38,428 nucleotides of DNA, from NCBI GenBank assembly GCA_026416315.1, contig JAOAFK010000098.1:1-38428 (forward strand), written 5' to 3'. The position numbers and the translations under genes were made by a program. Positions 9,790-20,158 of this stretch are shown here, piece by piece (positions within the stretch are counted from its first letter, which is position 1; each line of letters opens with the position of its first letter). This DNA comes from Syntrophorhabdaceae bacterium. Lineage in GTDB: Bacteria > Desulfobacterota > Syntrophorhabdia > Syntrophorhabdales > Syntrophorhabdaceae. The notes under the pieces were generated by a model. It was not told the DNA's origin and did not search any database. It was given only the letters and a program-made list of their open reading frames with translations.

Positions 9790-10677
9790 ATGAACATGAA
9801 ACAACTCAAGGCAATAACAGAAGAATTTATCAGATATCTTCAGGTAGAAAAGGGTGTGATGGCAAACACAAAAAGGGCATATAAGTCTGATATAAAAGGA
9901 TTTATAGAGTTTATTGAAAAAAGCGGATATAGTGAAATAGATCACCATGCCATCAGGTCATATATTGTAAATATTTATAAACAAATTAAAAAATCATCAC
10001 TTTCAAGAAAGATTTCCGCTATAAAAGTGTTTTTTAAGTTTCTTAAAAAGAAAGGCTATCTTGTTGAAAATACAGCATTAATTATAAAGAATCCTAAAAC
10101 AGAAAAGCATTTGCCAAAATTTTATACAATTGATGAGATGTTTCACTTTCTTGATTATTTGCCTTCAGAAAAATGGAACCATTTAAGGAACAAGGCCATA
10201 TTCGAGCTTATGTATTCAACAGGAATAAGGTCTCAAGAGGCCCTTGATATAAACATAGAAGATATCCATATTCAAGGTATGTGGGTGAGGGTGAAAGGGA
10301 AGGGCGGTAAAGAGAGGATCTTGCCTTTTGGAGAAAAGGCAAAAAAGGCGTTAGAGTCATATATAGAATGGCTTAAGGCAAATAAATTGTATAGCCCTGA
10401 AAGACCGCTATTCGTTAATTTTAGAGGAGATAGGTTATCTTACAGAAGCCTCCTTCGTATTATGAAAAAACATCAGTTGAAGGCAGGTCTTTTTAAAAAT
10501 CTTACACTTCACGGTATAAGGCATTCCTTTGCAACTCACATGCTTGACAGTGGTGCAGATTTAAGAAGTATTCAGGAATTATTAGGTCATTCAAGGCTTT
10601 CTACAACACAGAAATATACCCATATCTCCATGGACAAGCTAATGGAGATATACGATAAATCACATCCAAGAAGGTAA
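9790..10677 (+). CDS. xerC: tyrosine site-specific recombinase XerC/XerD family
   Basis: The 295-aa protein has an N-terminal SAM-like domain and the catalytic signature ...RNKAIFELMYSTGIRSQEAL..., HGIRHSFATHML, LGHSRLSTTQKYTH. It lies directly upstream of hslVU, which is the classic xerC/codV-hslV-hslU order. Confidence 0.85.
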   Translation: MNMKQLKAITEEFIRYLQVEKGVMANTKRAYKSDIKGFIEFIEKSGYSEIDHHAIRSYIVNIYKQIKKSSLSRKISAIKVFFKFLKKKGYLVENTALIIKNPKTEKHLPKFYTIDEMFHFLDYLPSEKWNHLRNKAIFELMYSTGIRSQEALDINIEDIHIQGMWVRVKGKGGKERILPFGEKAKKALESYIEWLKANKLYSPERPLFVNFRGDRLSYRSLLRIMKKHQLKAGLFKNLTLHGIRHSFATHMLDSGADLRSIQELLGHSRLSTTQKYTHISMDKLMEIYDKSHPRR

Positions 10678-10680
10678 AAT

Positions 10681-11205
10681 ATGAAATCTACAACAGTGAT
10701 ATGTGTAAGACACAGGGGTAATGTTGCTATTGGAGGCGACGGTCAGGTAACATTAAATACCACAGTTGTTAAACATACGGCAAAAAAGATAAGAAAAATA
10801 TATAAGGATAAATGTCTTGCTGGATTTGCCGGTGCTACAGCAGATGCATTTACCTTATTTGAAAGATTTGAAAAAAAACTCGAAGAGTATAATGGTAATA
10901 TTATAAGGGCCTCTGTTGAACTTGCAAAGGACTGGAGAACAGATAGACTTTTAAGGAGGCTTGAGGCACTGTTGATAGTTGCTGATAAAGAACATACCCT
11001 GATACTTTCAGGAAACGGTGATGTAATAGAGCCCGATGATGGCATTGCAGCTATAGGTTCAGGTGGCCCTTATGCACAGGCAGCAGCAAAGGCCCTTATA
11101 AAATATACAGATCTCACAGCTACTGAAATTGTGAAAGAATCCATGCGCATTGCCTCGGAGATATGTATTTATACTAATGATAGAATTGAGATAGAGGAAC
11201 TATAA
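10681..11205 (+). CDS. hslV: ATP-dependent protease subunit HslV
   Basis: The 174-aa protein has an N-terminal [10 protein letters not shown] with the Thr nucleophile and a GGDGQVT motif, followed by hslU. Confidence 0.95.
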   Translation: MKSTTVICVRHRGNVAIGGDGQVTLNTTVVKHTAKKIRKIYKDKCLAGFAGATADAFTLFERFEKKLEEYNGNIIRASVELAKDWRTDRLLRRLEALLIVADKEHTLILSGNGDVIEPDDGIAAIGSGGPYAQAAAKALIKYTDLTATEIVKESMRIASEICIYTNDRIEIEEL

Positions 11206-12536
11206 TGGATATGTTAAAGCCACGGGAGATAACAGAAGAATTAAATAGATATATAATTGGGCAGAATAAGGCAAAAAGGGCTGTTTCCATTGCGTTGAGA
11301 AATAGGTGGCGTAGGCAGATGATTCCTAAGGAGTTAAGAGATGAGATTGCTCCAAAAAACATCATTATGATAGGTCCCACAGGGGTGGGTAAAACAGAGA
11401 TTGCAAGAAGGCTTGCAAAGCTTGCAAATGCACCTTTTTTAAAAATAGAGGCAACAAAGTTTACAGAAGTAGGGTATGTGGGTAGAGATGTGGAATCCAT
11501 GATAAGGGATTTAACAGAACTTGCTGTGAACATGGTGAAAAAGGAAGAGCAGGAGGCCGTTAAGGAAAAGGCAAAGGTCCTTGCTGAGGAGAGACTCCTT
11601 GATATCCTTTTACCTGTCCAGAAGAAAAAAACCTTAGAAAACGGCATTGAACAAGAAGATTCTTCAAGGGAAAAATTAAGAATTCTTTTTAAAGCTGGAA
11701 AATTAGATGAAAAAATGGTGGAAATAGAGATGCCCGATAGGGTATTGCCTATAATTGAGATATTTTCTGCATCAGGCATGGAAGAGATGGATATGCAGAT
11801 AAGGGATATATTCGGCAATATTTTGCCGAAAAAGACAAAAAAAAGAAGACTTAAAGTAAAAGAGGCCTATGAATATCTTATTCAGGAAGAATCAAAAAAA
11901 CTCATCGATATGGATAAGGTTATAAAGGATGCAATTGAAAGGGTTGAGCAGTCAGGGATCATTTTTCTTGACGAAATAGATAAAATTGCAAGTAGAGACA
12001 GAACCCATGGGCCTGATGTATCCAGAGAAGGGGTGCAAAGAGATATTCTGCCCATTGTAGAAGGTACAACGGTCACAACAAAATACGGTATGGTGAAAAC
12101 AGACCATATACTGTTTATAGCGGCAGGGGCATTCCATATGTCAAAGCCATCTGACTTAATTCCTGAGTTGCAGGGGAGATTTCCTATAAGGGGAGAGCTT
12201 GACCCATTAACAAAGGAAGATTTTTATAGAATACTTACAGAGCCAGATAATGCCCTTATAAAGCAGTATAAGGCCCTTCTGGCCACTGAAAATATTGAAC
12301 TTGATTTTGAAAAAGAGGCCATAGAGGAGATTGCAGAAATTGCACAGAAAATTAACGAAATGACAGAAAATATAGGTGCAAGAAGGTTATATACAGTGAT
12401 GGAGAAATTGCTCGATGAGATATCCTATTCAGCTCCGGACATGAATGAAAAGAAGATTATCATAACAAGAGATTATGTAAGAGAAAAATTAGGAGAGTTT
12501 CTCGAAAGAGAAGATTTAAGTAGATATATTTTGTAA
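11205..12536 (+). CDS. hslU: ATP-dependent protease ATPase subunit HslU
   Basis: The 443-aa protein has PREI..ELN.YIIGQ..AKRAV, Walker [26 protein letters not shown] and an I-domain insertion. There is a 1-nt overlap with hslV. Confidence 0.95.
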   Translation: MDMLKPREITEELNRYIIGQNKAKRAVSIALRNRWRRQMIPKELRDEIAPKNIIMIGPTGVGKTEIARRLAKLANAPFLKIEATKFTEVGYVGRDVESMIRDLTELAVNMVKKEEQEAVKEKAKVLAEERLLDILLPVQKKKTLENGIEQEDSSREKLRILFKAGKLDEKMVEIEMPDRVLPIIEIFSASGMEEMDMQIRDIFGNILPKKTKKRRLKVKEAYEYLIQEESKKLIDMDKVIKDAIERVEQSGIIFLDEIDKIASRDRTHGPDVSREGVQRDILPIVEGTTVTTKYGMVKTDHILFIAAGAFHMSKPSDLIPELQGRFPIRGELDPLTKEDFYRILTEPDNALIKQYKALLATENIELDFEKEAIEEIAEIAQKINEMTENIGARRLYTVMEKLLDEISYSAPDMNEKKIIITRDYVREKLGEFLEREDLSRYIL

Positions 12537-12554
12537 AAAAATTTTGGAGCGTAT

Positions 12555-13400
12555 ATGGGCGAGAAAATTAAAACACTCCTTGAGGCACTGCCTTATATAA
12601 AGAAATTTTTCGGCTCTACATTTGTGATAAAATATGGTGGTGCTGCAATGGAGGAAGAATCATTGAAAAAAGAGTTTGCAAGAGATGTGGTTCTCCTAAA
12701 ATATGTAGGGATAAACCCTGTGATAGTGCATGGTGGTGGACCCATGATAGGTCGATTATTGAAAGACCTCCAGATACCCACTAAATTTGTGGATGGGTTA
12801 AGGGTAACAGATGAAAAAACTCTTGAAGTGGTTGAGATGGTATTATCAGGCCTTATAAACAAAGAGATTGTAAAAAATATAAATGACATGGGAGGAAGGG
12901 CCATAGGTCTATCCGGAAAGGATGGAAGGCTTCTTGTTGCAAAAAGGGTTGAAGATAAAGACATAGGCCTTGTGGGTGATATCGTAAATGTAAATGTGGA
13001 TATCATAAAGGATATCAATAAACACGGATATATCCCTGTGATTGCACCCCTTGCTGATGGTCTGGATGGAAATTCATACAATGTGAACGCAGATACAGCT
13101 GCAGGAAGGATCGCAGAAGCCCTCCTTGCAGATAAACTTATTCTACTTACAGATGTGGACGGTGTACTGGGAAATGATGGTAGTCTCATCTCAACCCTTA
13201 CGAAGGAAGAGGTGGATATCCTTATGAATAAAAAGACCATATCTGGTGGGATGATACCAAAGGTATCATGCTGCATTGATGCCTTAAATGCAGGAGTCAA
13301 GGAAACCCATATAATTAATGGAAAGATTCCTCATGCAATACTCCTTGAAGTTTTTACAGATTCAGGTATAGGCACAAAAATCTCAGGGGGAATGTCATAA
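12555..13400 (+). CDS. argB: acetylglutamate kinase
   Basis: The 281-aa protein has VIKYGGAAM, VIVHGGGP and YNVNADTAAG motifs. Confidence 0.95.
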   Translation: MGEKIKTLLEALPYIKKFFGSTFVIKYGGAAMEEESLKKEFARDVVLLKYVGINPVIVHGGGPMIGRLLKDLQIPTKFVDGLRVTDEKTLEVVEMVLSGLINKEIVKNINDMGGRAIGLSGKDGRLLVAKRVEDKDIGLVGDIVNVNVDIIKDINKHGYIPVIAPLADGLDGNSYNVNADTAAGRIAEALLADKLILLTDVDGVLGNDGSLISTLTKEEVDILMNKKTISGGMIPKVSCCIDALNAGVKETHIINGKIPHAILLEVFTDSGIGTKISGGMS

Positions 13401-14599
13401 TGCAGGAAGAATTTATAAAAAAAGGGTTGCAGTATCTTGCAAATACATACAATAGATTTCCCATTGTTGTTACAAAGGGCGAGGGGTGCTGGGTATGGGA
13501 TTTAAACGGCAGGAGATACCTTGATTTTTTATCTGGTATTGCAGTTTGCAATCTCGGGCACGCACATAAAAATGTTGTGGAAGGTGTAGTCCAGCAGGCA
13601 CATAAGCTTTTTCATATCTCAAATCTTTTCTACATTGAACCTCAGATAAAAGCAGCAGAACTTTTATGCAAGCATTCTTTCGGGGATAAGGTGTTTTTCT
13701 GTAACAGTGGAGCTGAAGCAAATGAGGCAGCCATAAAACTTGCAAGACGTTATTCGTGGATTAAATACGGCGAAGATAGATATGAGATAATAGTGATGGA
13801 GAATTCTTTTCATGGAAGAACCATAGCGACCCTTACCGCAACGGGTCAAAAAAAATTCCATGAAGGATTTCAGCCACTCCTTGAAGGCTTCAGATACTGT
13901 GAATTCAACGATATAGATGCCCTAAAAGGGTGTATAAACAGTAAGACCTGTGCAATCATGTTGGAACTCGTACAATCAGAGGGTGGTATATATGTAGCAG
14001 ATAAAGAGTACATAAAGGAATTAAGAAAAATTGCAGATGAAAATGATATCCTTTTAATTTTTGATGAGATACAGACAGGAATGGGTAGAACAGGAAGATT
14101 TTTTGGATATGAACATTTCCATATCGAACCTGATATAATGACCCTTGCAAAGGCTTTAGGCAATGGTTTTCCAGTGGGATCAATGATTGCCAAAGAACAT
14201 GTAATGGATGCCTTTGTCCCTGGGACCCATGCCTCTACCTTTGGTGGAAACCCCCTTGCTATGAGTGCAGTTTTAGCAACCATAAATACATTAATAGATG
14301 ATGGTGTGATAAAAAACTGCGAAAAAATGGGAATGTATCTAAGAGAAGGGCTTAAAAGATTAAAGGAAAAGTTTTCCATTATAACGGATATAAGGGGATT
14401 AGGACTTATAATTGGTATGGAGCTTTCCATAAATGGGGATGAAATTTTAAAGGAATTTATGAAAGAGGGCATTATAATAAATTGCACAAAGGGCAATATC
14501 TTAAGGCTCCTGCCCCCTCTAATCATAACAGAGGAGGAAATAGACCTCTTTCTTGAAATAGCAGAAAGGGTTTTTGAAAGATTTGAAAGGAGAGTATAG
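13400..14599 (+). CDS. argD: acetylornithine aminotransferase (class III PLP aminotransferase)
   Basis: The 399-aa protein has FCNSGAEANEAAIKLAR, LIFDEIQTGMGRTG and MTLAKALGNGFP (PLP lysine) motifs. It sits between argB and argF. Confidence 0.9.
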   Translation: MQEEFIKKGLQYLANTYNRFPIVVTKGEGCWVWDLNGRRYLDFLSGIAVCNLGHAHKNVVEGVVQQAHKLFHISNLFYIEPQIKAAELLCKHSFGDKVFFCNSGAEANEAAIKLARRYSWIKYGEDRYEIIVMENSFHGRTIATLTATGQKKFHEGFQPLLEGFRYCEFNDIDALKGCINSKTCAIMLELVQSEGGIYVADKEYIKELRKIADENDILLIFDEIQTGMGRTGRFFGYEHFHIEPDIMTLAKALGNGFPVGSMIAKEHVMDAFVPGTHASTFGGNPLAMSAVLATINTLIDDGVIKNCEKMGMYLREGLKRLKEKFSIITDIRGLGLIIGMELSINGDEILKEFMKEGIIINCTKGNILRLLPPLIITEEEIDLFLEIAERVFERFERRV

Positions 14600-14604
14600 G
14601 TAAT

Positions 14605-15534
14605 TTGGGGAACAAGGTGAAAAGAGACTTTACGAAATTACTGGATATCAATAAAAAAGAATGCCTTCGATTGATTGAAAGGGCTCAAAAATTAAAAGAG
14701 TTAAAAAAACAAGGTATAGAATATAGACCCCTTAAAGGTAAATATCTTGCCATGATATTCGAAAAGGCCTCTACGAGGACAAGGATCTCCTTTGAAATAG
14801 GTATAAAGGATTTAGGTGGTTCAGCCGTTGTTCTAAATAAAGGGGATACACAATTAGGAAGGGGAGAACCTATTGAAGATACTGCAAGGGTAGTAAGCAG
14901 GTATGTGGATGCTATCATGATAAGAACCTTTGGCCAACAAATCGTGGAAAGGCTTGCCGCATGGTCAACTGTGCCTGTTATAAATGGCTTAACAGATGAA
15001 TTTCATCCATGCCAGATTTTATCTGACCTTTTTACTATAAAGGAAATAAAAAAAGACTTTAAAGATTTGAAGATTGCCTATATTGGTGATGGAAACAATG
15101 TGGCAAATTCCTGGATTGAGGCATCTATTCTTTTTGGTTTAAATCTAAGTATTGCCACACCTGAAGGATACGAACCCCTTGCTAATCTTGTCGAAATGGC
15201 AAAAGAAAATAAAAATTTTCAACTTCTGAAAGACCCTTTTGAAGCAGCAAAAGATGCAGATGTGATAAACACGGATGTATGGGTGAGTATGGGACAGGAA
15301 GAAGAACAGAAAGAGAGAAGAGAAGCATTTAAATCATACAGGATTGATGATGAGCTTTTAGCAGTAGCAAAAAAAGATGCAATTGTTCTACATTGCCTTC
15401 CAGCCCATAGAGGTGAAGAGATAACAGAAGGTGTCTTTGAAAGGTTTTCTTCCATCATCTTCACCCAGGCGGAGAACAGATTGCATGTACAGAAGGCACT
15501 TCTCGAATGGTTAATCCTTGGATGGAATGAATAA
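14605..15534 (+). CDS. argF: ornithine carbamoyltransferase
   Basis: The 309-aa protein has [17 protein letters not shown] and [10 protein letters not shown] motifs. The track start at 14605 is TTG; the GTG at 14617 is an alternative start. Confidence 0.9.
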   Translation: MGNKVKRDFTKLLDINKKECLRLIERAQKLKELKKQGIEYRPLKGKYLAMIFEKASTRTRISFEIGIKDLGGSAVVLNKGDTQLGRGEPIEDTARVVSRYVDAIMIRTFGQQIVERLAAWSTVPVINGLTDEFHPCQILSDLFTIKEIKKDFKDLKIAYIGDGNNVANSWIEASILFGLNLSIATPEGYEPLANLVEMAKENKNFQLLKDPFEAAKDADVINTDVWVSMGQEEEQKERREAFKSYRIDDELLAVAKKDAIVLHCLPAHRGEEITEGVFERFSSIIFTQAENRLHVQKALLEWLILGWNE

Positions 15535-15572
15535 AACCATTTGAGACCCTAAAAAAAGAATGGAGGATCAAA

Positions 15573-16772
15573 ATGTCTGATATTAAAAAGGTAGTCCTTG
15601 CATATTCAGGTGGACTTGATACTTCTGTGATATTAAAGTGGTTAAAGGAGAAGTATGGCTGCGATGTAATAGCCTATGCCGCTGATATAGGTCAGGAGGA
15701 AGAACTCAAGGGTCTAAAACAGAAGGCACTCAATACAGGGGCTTCAAAGGTCTATATTGAGGATTTGAAAGAAGAATTCGCAAGGGATTTCATTTTTTTT
15801 GCCATAAAGGCTAATGCAATTTATGAAGGTGGTTATTTAATGGGTACTTCCATTGCAAGACCCCTCATTGCAAAAAGACAGATCGAGATTGCAAGGATGG
15901 AAAAGGCTGATGCCGTATCTCACGGTGCAACAGGAAAGGGTAATGACCAGGTAAGGTTTGAACTCACATACTATGCCCTTGAACCCAATATAAAAGTTAT
16001 AGCACCTTGGAGGGAGTGGGAATTTACTTCAAGGGAAGAACTTATTGATTATGCTAAAAAACACAAAATCCCTGTCCCAGTAACAAAGAAAAAACCATAT
16101 AGTATGGATAGAAACTTGATGCATATAAGCTATGAAGGTGGAATCCTTGAAGACCCATGGAGAGAGCCGGACGAAAAGATGTTTTTGACAACCGTATCCC
16201 CTGAGAAGGCTCCTGATAAACCAAGATATATTGAAATTGAGTTTTTAGATGGCATTCCAATAAAGATTGATGGAAAAAAGATGACACCTTACAAAATAGT
16301 TGCCCATTTGAACAAAATTGGCGGTGAAAATGGTATAGGAAGGGTAGACATAGTAGAAAACAGATTTGTAGGAATGAAGTCAAGAGGCGTCTATGAAACT
16401 CCAGGTTGTACAATCCTCCAAACAGCCCACAGGGCCATGGAATCCATAACCATGGATAGGGAGGTCATGCATCTAAGGGACAGTCTAATTCCAAAGATTT
16501 CAGAATTGATATACTATGGCTTCTGGTATTCTCCAGAGATGGAGGTGATAAAGGCATTTGTTAACGAATCACAAAAGGGAGTGACAGGAACAGTGAGATT
16601 GAAACTCTATAAAGGTAATTGCATTGTTGTGGGAAGAAAGTCGGATAAATCCCTCTACTCAAAAGACTTTGCTACATTTGATAGGGATTCTGTTTATAGA
16701 CAGGCAGATGCTGGCGGTTTTATAAGGCTTAATGCCTTAAGGCTCAGAATAAGGGCCATGTTGAATAAATAA
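15573..16772 (+). CDS. argG: argininosuccinate synthase
   Basis: The 399-aa protein has AYSGGLDTS and [15 protein letters not shown] motifs. A GGAGG RBS lies upstream. Confidence 0.95.
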   Translation: MSDIKKVVLAYSGGLDTSVILKWLKEKYGCDVIAYAADIGQEEELKGLKQKALNTGASKVYIEDLKEEFARDFIFFAIKANAIYEGGYLMGTSIARPLIAKRQIEIARMEKADAVSHGATGKGNDQVRFELTYYALEPNIKVIAPWREWEFTSREELIDYAKKHKIPVPVTKKKPYSMDRNLMHISYEGGILEDPWREPDEKMFLTTVSPEKAPDKPRYIEIEFLDGIPIKIDGKKMTPYKIVAHLNKIGGENGIGRVDIVENRFVGMKSRGVYETPGCTILQTAHRAMESITMDREVMHLRDSLIPKISELIYYGFWYSPEMEVIKAFVNESQKGVTGTVRLKLYKGNCIVVGRKSDKSLYSKDFATFDRDSVYRQADAGGFIRLNALRLRIRAMLNK

Positions 16773-16787
16773 TTTCGGAGTGTCAAC

Positions 16788-19265
16788 ATGAAGCAGTATG
16801 AACCCCAAGTTATAGAAGAAAAAAGACAGGCTATATGGGAAAGGGAAGGTCTTTTTAGAGTAACGGAGACAGACAAGAAGGAAAAATATTATCTTCTTGA
16901 GATGTTTCCATATCCCTCTGGAAAGATACACATGGGTCATGTAAGAAATTATTCCATTGGAGATGTAATAGCAAGGTACAAAAAGATGAGGGGTTATAAT
17001 GTGTTGCATCCCATGGGCTGGGATGCCTTCGGTATGCCTGCAGAAAATGCTGCCATGGAGAGGGGGGTGCATCCTGCAAAATGGACATACGATAATATAG
17101 ATTACATGAAAAAACAATTGAAAAGACTGGGTTTCAGTTATGACTGGACAAGGGAGATTGCTACCTGTGATGTTGAATACTATAAATGGGAACAATGGTT
17201 TTTTCTTAAGATGTTTGAAAGAGGGCTTGTTTATAGAAAAAGTGCGCCAGTAAATTACTGTGTCCATTGTCAGACTGTGCTGGCAAATGAACAGGTTGTG
17301 GATGGTATGTGTTGGAGATGCAATCAGGCGGTGATACAGAAAGAACTCACCCAGTGGTTTTTTGCCATAACAAAATATGCAGATGAGCTGTATGAGTATT
17401 GCGATAGACTGCCTGGATGGCCTGAACGGGTGTTAAATATGCAGAAAAACTGGATAGGCAAGAGCTATGGTGTGGAGGTGGATTTCAGACTCGAAAACAA
17501 CGAGCCTTTAACGATCTTTACCACAAGACCGGATACACTCTATGGTGTTACATTTATGGCATTGGCCCCCGAACATCCCCTTGCAACTACCCTTGCAGAA
17601 GGCACAAGATATGAAGAAGAAGTGAAATCTTTTGTTGAAAAGGCAAAGATGCAGGATAGGAGTTTCAGGGCAGAGCTAAAGGGAAATAAAGAAGGTGTTT
17701 TTACAGGAAAATATGCGATAAACCCGTTAAATGGTGCAAAAATACCCATCTATATTGGCAATTTTGTCCTCATGGAATATGGAACAGGCGCCATCATGTC
17801 TGTTCCTGCCCATGACCAGAGGGATTTTGAATTTGCAAAGGTATATGGTCTTCCCATAATAATTACAATTATGCCGGAAGGCAGGACATTAAATCCGGAT
17901 ACAATGGAAGAGGCATATGAGGGTGATGGATATCTTGTTAATTCCGGTGAGTTTAATGGTTTAAATAATAGAGATGCAATAGAGAAAATAATAGATTATC
18001 TTGAGGCAAAAGGTCTGGGAAGGAGGAAAGTGAACTTTAGGTTGAGGGATTGGGGTATATCGAGGCAGAGATACTGGGGTGCCCCAATACCCATAATATA
18101 CTGTGAAGAATGTGGTATAGTGCCGGTTCCTTATGAAGATCTACCTGTTGTGTTACCCCTTGACCTTGAGGTAAAAGTGGTGGGCAAATCTCCTCTTGTA
18201 GACTGTGAAGAATTTGTAAATGTTAAGTGCCCCAAATGCAATAAACCTGCAAGAAGAGAGACGGATACCATGGACACATTCGTTGAATCTTCATGGTATT
18301 TCTTAAAATACGCATGTCCCGACTATAAAGAAGGTCCTCTTGATAAAGATAAGGTAAATTACTGGATGCCAGTAGATCAATACATTGGTGGGGTTGAGCA
18401 TGCAGTGCTACATCTTCTCTATTCAAGGTTTTTTAACAGGGTTTTAAATGAATTAGGTTTTGTTGATGTAAGAGAACCATTTAAAAATCTATTAACCCAG
18501 GGCATGGTTATAAAAGATGGCGCAAAGATGAGTAAATCAAAAGGAAATGTCGTTGACCCCGATTATCTGATAGAAAAATACGGTGCAGATACGACAAGAC
18601 TATGCTGTCTCTTTGCATCACCACCTGAAAAGGACTTAGACTGGAGTGACAAAGGTGTGGAAGGTTGTTATAGGTTTCTCCACAGGGTATGGAGGCTAAC
18701 CATAGAAAGGATAGATGATATAAAAGGCCTCTCATCCACATATACACCTATCGATAATGAAGGTGATATACGTCTTTTGACTATAAAGGTTCATCAAACC
18801 ATAAAAAAGGTAACAGAGGACATTGAGAGGTTCCACTTGAATACAGCCATAGCAAGCATTATGGAGCTTTTAAATGCTGTATATAAATTTCTCGAAAAAC
18901 CGAGAAATAATCCGAATGAATTAAGCTTCTTAAAAGGCTCCATTGAGGTTATATTAAAACTTCTTTTTCCTTTTGTCCCTCATATTTCAGAAGAATTATG
19001 GGAGATGTTAGGGAATGATATGTCACTTTTAAGAGACAGTTGGGTAGACTATAAAGAAGAATATACAATAGAAGATAAGGTAACTATTGCGGTACAGGTA
19101 AACGGGAAACTCCGTGATACCTTTGAGATTGAAAGGGATGCATCCGAAGAGATGGTAAAAGATGCAGCATTAAGCCTTGATAAGATAAAAAAACACACAG
19201 TGGATAAATCCATAAAAAAGGTTATTGTTATCCCAAACAAACTTGTAAACATAGTATGTGGGTAA
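16788..19265 (+). CDS. leuS: leucine--tRNA ligase
   Basis: The 825-aa protein has the HIGH-type motif [23 protein letters not shown] and a CP1 editing domain. Confidence 0.97.
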   Translation: MKQYEPQVIEEKRQAIWEREGLFRVTETDKKEKYYLLEMFPYPSGKIHMGHVRNYSIGDVIARYKKMRGYNVLHPMGWDAFGMPAENAAMERGVHPAKWTYDNIDYMKKQLKRLGFSYDWTREIATCDVEYYKWEQWFFLKMFERGLVYRKSAPVNYCVHCQTVLANEQVVDGMCWRCNQAVIQKELTQWFFAITKYADELYEYCDRLPGWPERVLNMQKNWIGKSYGVEVDFRLENNEPLTIFTTRPDTLYGVTFMALAPEHPLATTLAEGTRYEEEVKSFVEKAKMQDRSFRAELKGNKEGVFTGKYAINPLNGAKIPIYIGNFVLMEYGTGAIMSVPAHDQRDFEFAKVYGLPIIITIMPEGRTLNPDTMEEAYEGDGYLVNSGEFNGLNNRDAIEKIIDYLEAKGLGRRKVNFRLRDWGISRQRYWGAPIPIIYCEECGIVPVPYEDLPVVLPLDLEVKVVGKSPLVDCEEFVNVKCPKCNKPARRETDTMDTFVESSWYFLKYACPDYKEGPLDKDKVNYWMPVDQYIGGVEHAVLHLLYSRFFNRVLNELGFVDVREPFKNLLTQGMVIKDGAKMSKSKGNVVDPDYLIEKYGADTTRLCCLFASPPEKDLDWSDKGVEGCYRFLHRVWRLTIERIDDIKGLSSTYTPIDNEGDIRLLTIKVHQTIKKVTEDIERFHLNTAIASIMELLNAVYKFLEKPRNNPNELSFLKGSIEVILKLLFPFVPHISEELWEMLGNDMSLLRDSWVDYKEEYTIEDKVTIAVQVNGKLRDTFEIERDASEEMVKDAALSLDKIKKHTVDKSIKKVIVIPNKLVNIVCG

Positions 19266-19276
19266 ATAGATTGGAG

Positions 19277-19777
19277 ATGAAAAAACACATTATTTTTCTT
19301 TTTTGCCTCTCTTTTTTTTTGCCATCCTGTGGCTATGAAATGGTAAGGGAAAAAGGTATATACGGTGGTGAAATAAAATCTGTGTATGTACCTGTCTTCA
19401 AAAATCTCACATATGAGCCTCATGTTTCTCAATACTTAACAGAATCATTTACCAGACAGCTTCTATCAATAGGTATTCTCAAGGTAAACATGAAGGATTC
19501 AGAAACATATATAGAAGGTGTTTTAAAAAACATCAGGATTATACCCCTTTCATTAGATAAAAATGGAATTGTTATAGAAAAATCAGTCATAATGGAAATT
19601 GAGGTATCTTTATTTAAAAAAGATGGCAATCTCATTAAAAAATGGGCATTCTCAGATACCCAGTCTTACCGTACCGATGACCTCTCCCTCGCAGAATACA
19701 ATAAAAAAGAGGCCATATCTATTATCTCCGATAGAATTGCAAGGCGTTTTAGTGCATCAATACTAACAGAGTATTAA
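19277..19777 (+). CDS. lptE: LptE-like outer-membrane lipoprotein
   Basis: It lies directly downstream of leuS, as lptE does in Proteobacteria. From the ATG at 19277 the protein starts MKKHIIFLFCLSFFLPSCGY, which is a signal peptide plus a lipobox Cys. Track ORF 19256..19777 adds 7 codons that overlap leuS. Size is about 166 aa. The call rests on synteny and lipobox, not strong sequence recognition. Confidence 0.5.
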   Translation: MKKHIIFLFCLSFFLPSCGYEMVREKGIYGGEIKSVYVPVFKNLTYEPHVSQYLTESFTRQLLSIGILKVNMKDSETYIEGVLKNIRIIPLSLDKNGIVIEKSVIMEIEVSLFKKDGNLIKKWAFSDTQSYRTDDLSLAEYNKKEAISIISDRIARRFSASILTEY

Positions 19778-19793
19778 TTACACTTAAAAAACC

Positions 19794-20072
19794 TTAAGCA
19801 GTTTTTGTTAGAAGAACCTTGTTGGCCTTTTTTGTAAGTCTTGAAATCTTCCTTGAGGCTGTATTTTTATGTATCACGCCTTTTGAGGCTGTTTTATTTA
19901 TATATGAAATGGCTATCCTCAAACTTGCATCTATTGTTGACAAGTTTTTATTTTCTATGGCCATTAATGCCTTTTTTATATAAGTCTTCATGGTGGATTT
20001 AATGTGTGCGTTTCTTAAGCGTCTTTTTTCTGATTGTTTTGCCCTTTTTATTGCAGATTTATTCATCTTCAA
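19794..20072 (-). CDS. rpsT: 30S ribosomal protein S20
   Basis: The basic protein reads ..MNKSAIKRAKQSEKRRLRNAHIKSTMKTYIKK.. The track start at 20072 is TTG, 7 nt after a GGAGG. The ATG at 20066 is an alternative, 13 nt from that SD. Confidence 0.9.
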   Translation of the reverse strand: MKMNKSAIKRAKQSEKRRLRNAHIKSTMKTYIKKALMAIENKNLSTIDASLRIAISYINKTASKGVIHKNTASRKISRLTKKANKVLLTKTA

Positions 20073-20099
20073 TCACAAACCTCCTGAAAAATTTTAATA

Positions 20100-20128
20100 A
20101 TTTAAACACTTGACGTTTACAAAGTCAA
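20100..20128 (-). promoter_or_regulatory. candidate rpsT promoter (-35 TTGACT, 17-nt spacer, -10 TTAAAT)
   Basis: On the - strand, TTGACT lies at 20128-20123 and TTAAAT at 20105-20100, upstream of the GGAGG/start of rpsT. The -10 is weak. Confidence 0.3.
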
Positions 20129-20158
20129 ATACAATTTAAATTTAATGGCTATTTTTGT

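Noticed and set aside
9790-10677. The tyrosine recombinase as a possible integrase marking a mobile element or genomic island.
   Set aside because: It sits in the conserved xerC-hslV-hslU arrangement, coupled to hslV by 3 nt. There is no adjacent tRNA, direct repeats, excisionase or phage/transposon genes. It is best explained as the chromosome-dimer resolvase.
11174-11818. Long antisense ORFs opposite well-supported genes: 11174..11818 (214 aa, opposite hslU), 12593..13300 (235 aa, argB), 13870..14526 (218 aa, argD), 16737..17267 (176 aa, leuS), 393..854 (153 aa, proA), 26728..27264 (178 aa, etfA), 31508..31978 (156 aa, UPF0280) and 28436..28870 (144 aa, etfB).
   Set aside because: Their translations are low-complexity, S/F/I/P/L-rich strings with no recognisable motifs and no RBS context. 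They lie entirely within genes whose opposite-strand products have clear family signatures. Open antisense frames are expected in AT-rich, purine-skewed coding DNA.
19783-19806. A hairpin (CTTAA-N6-TTAAG) plus T5 between the convergent lptE-like gene and rpsT, considered as a terminator.
   Set aside because: The stem is only 5 bp and nearly all A/T, which is too weak to call. Termination of the 19-gene + strand run remains unassigned.
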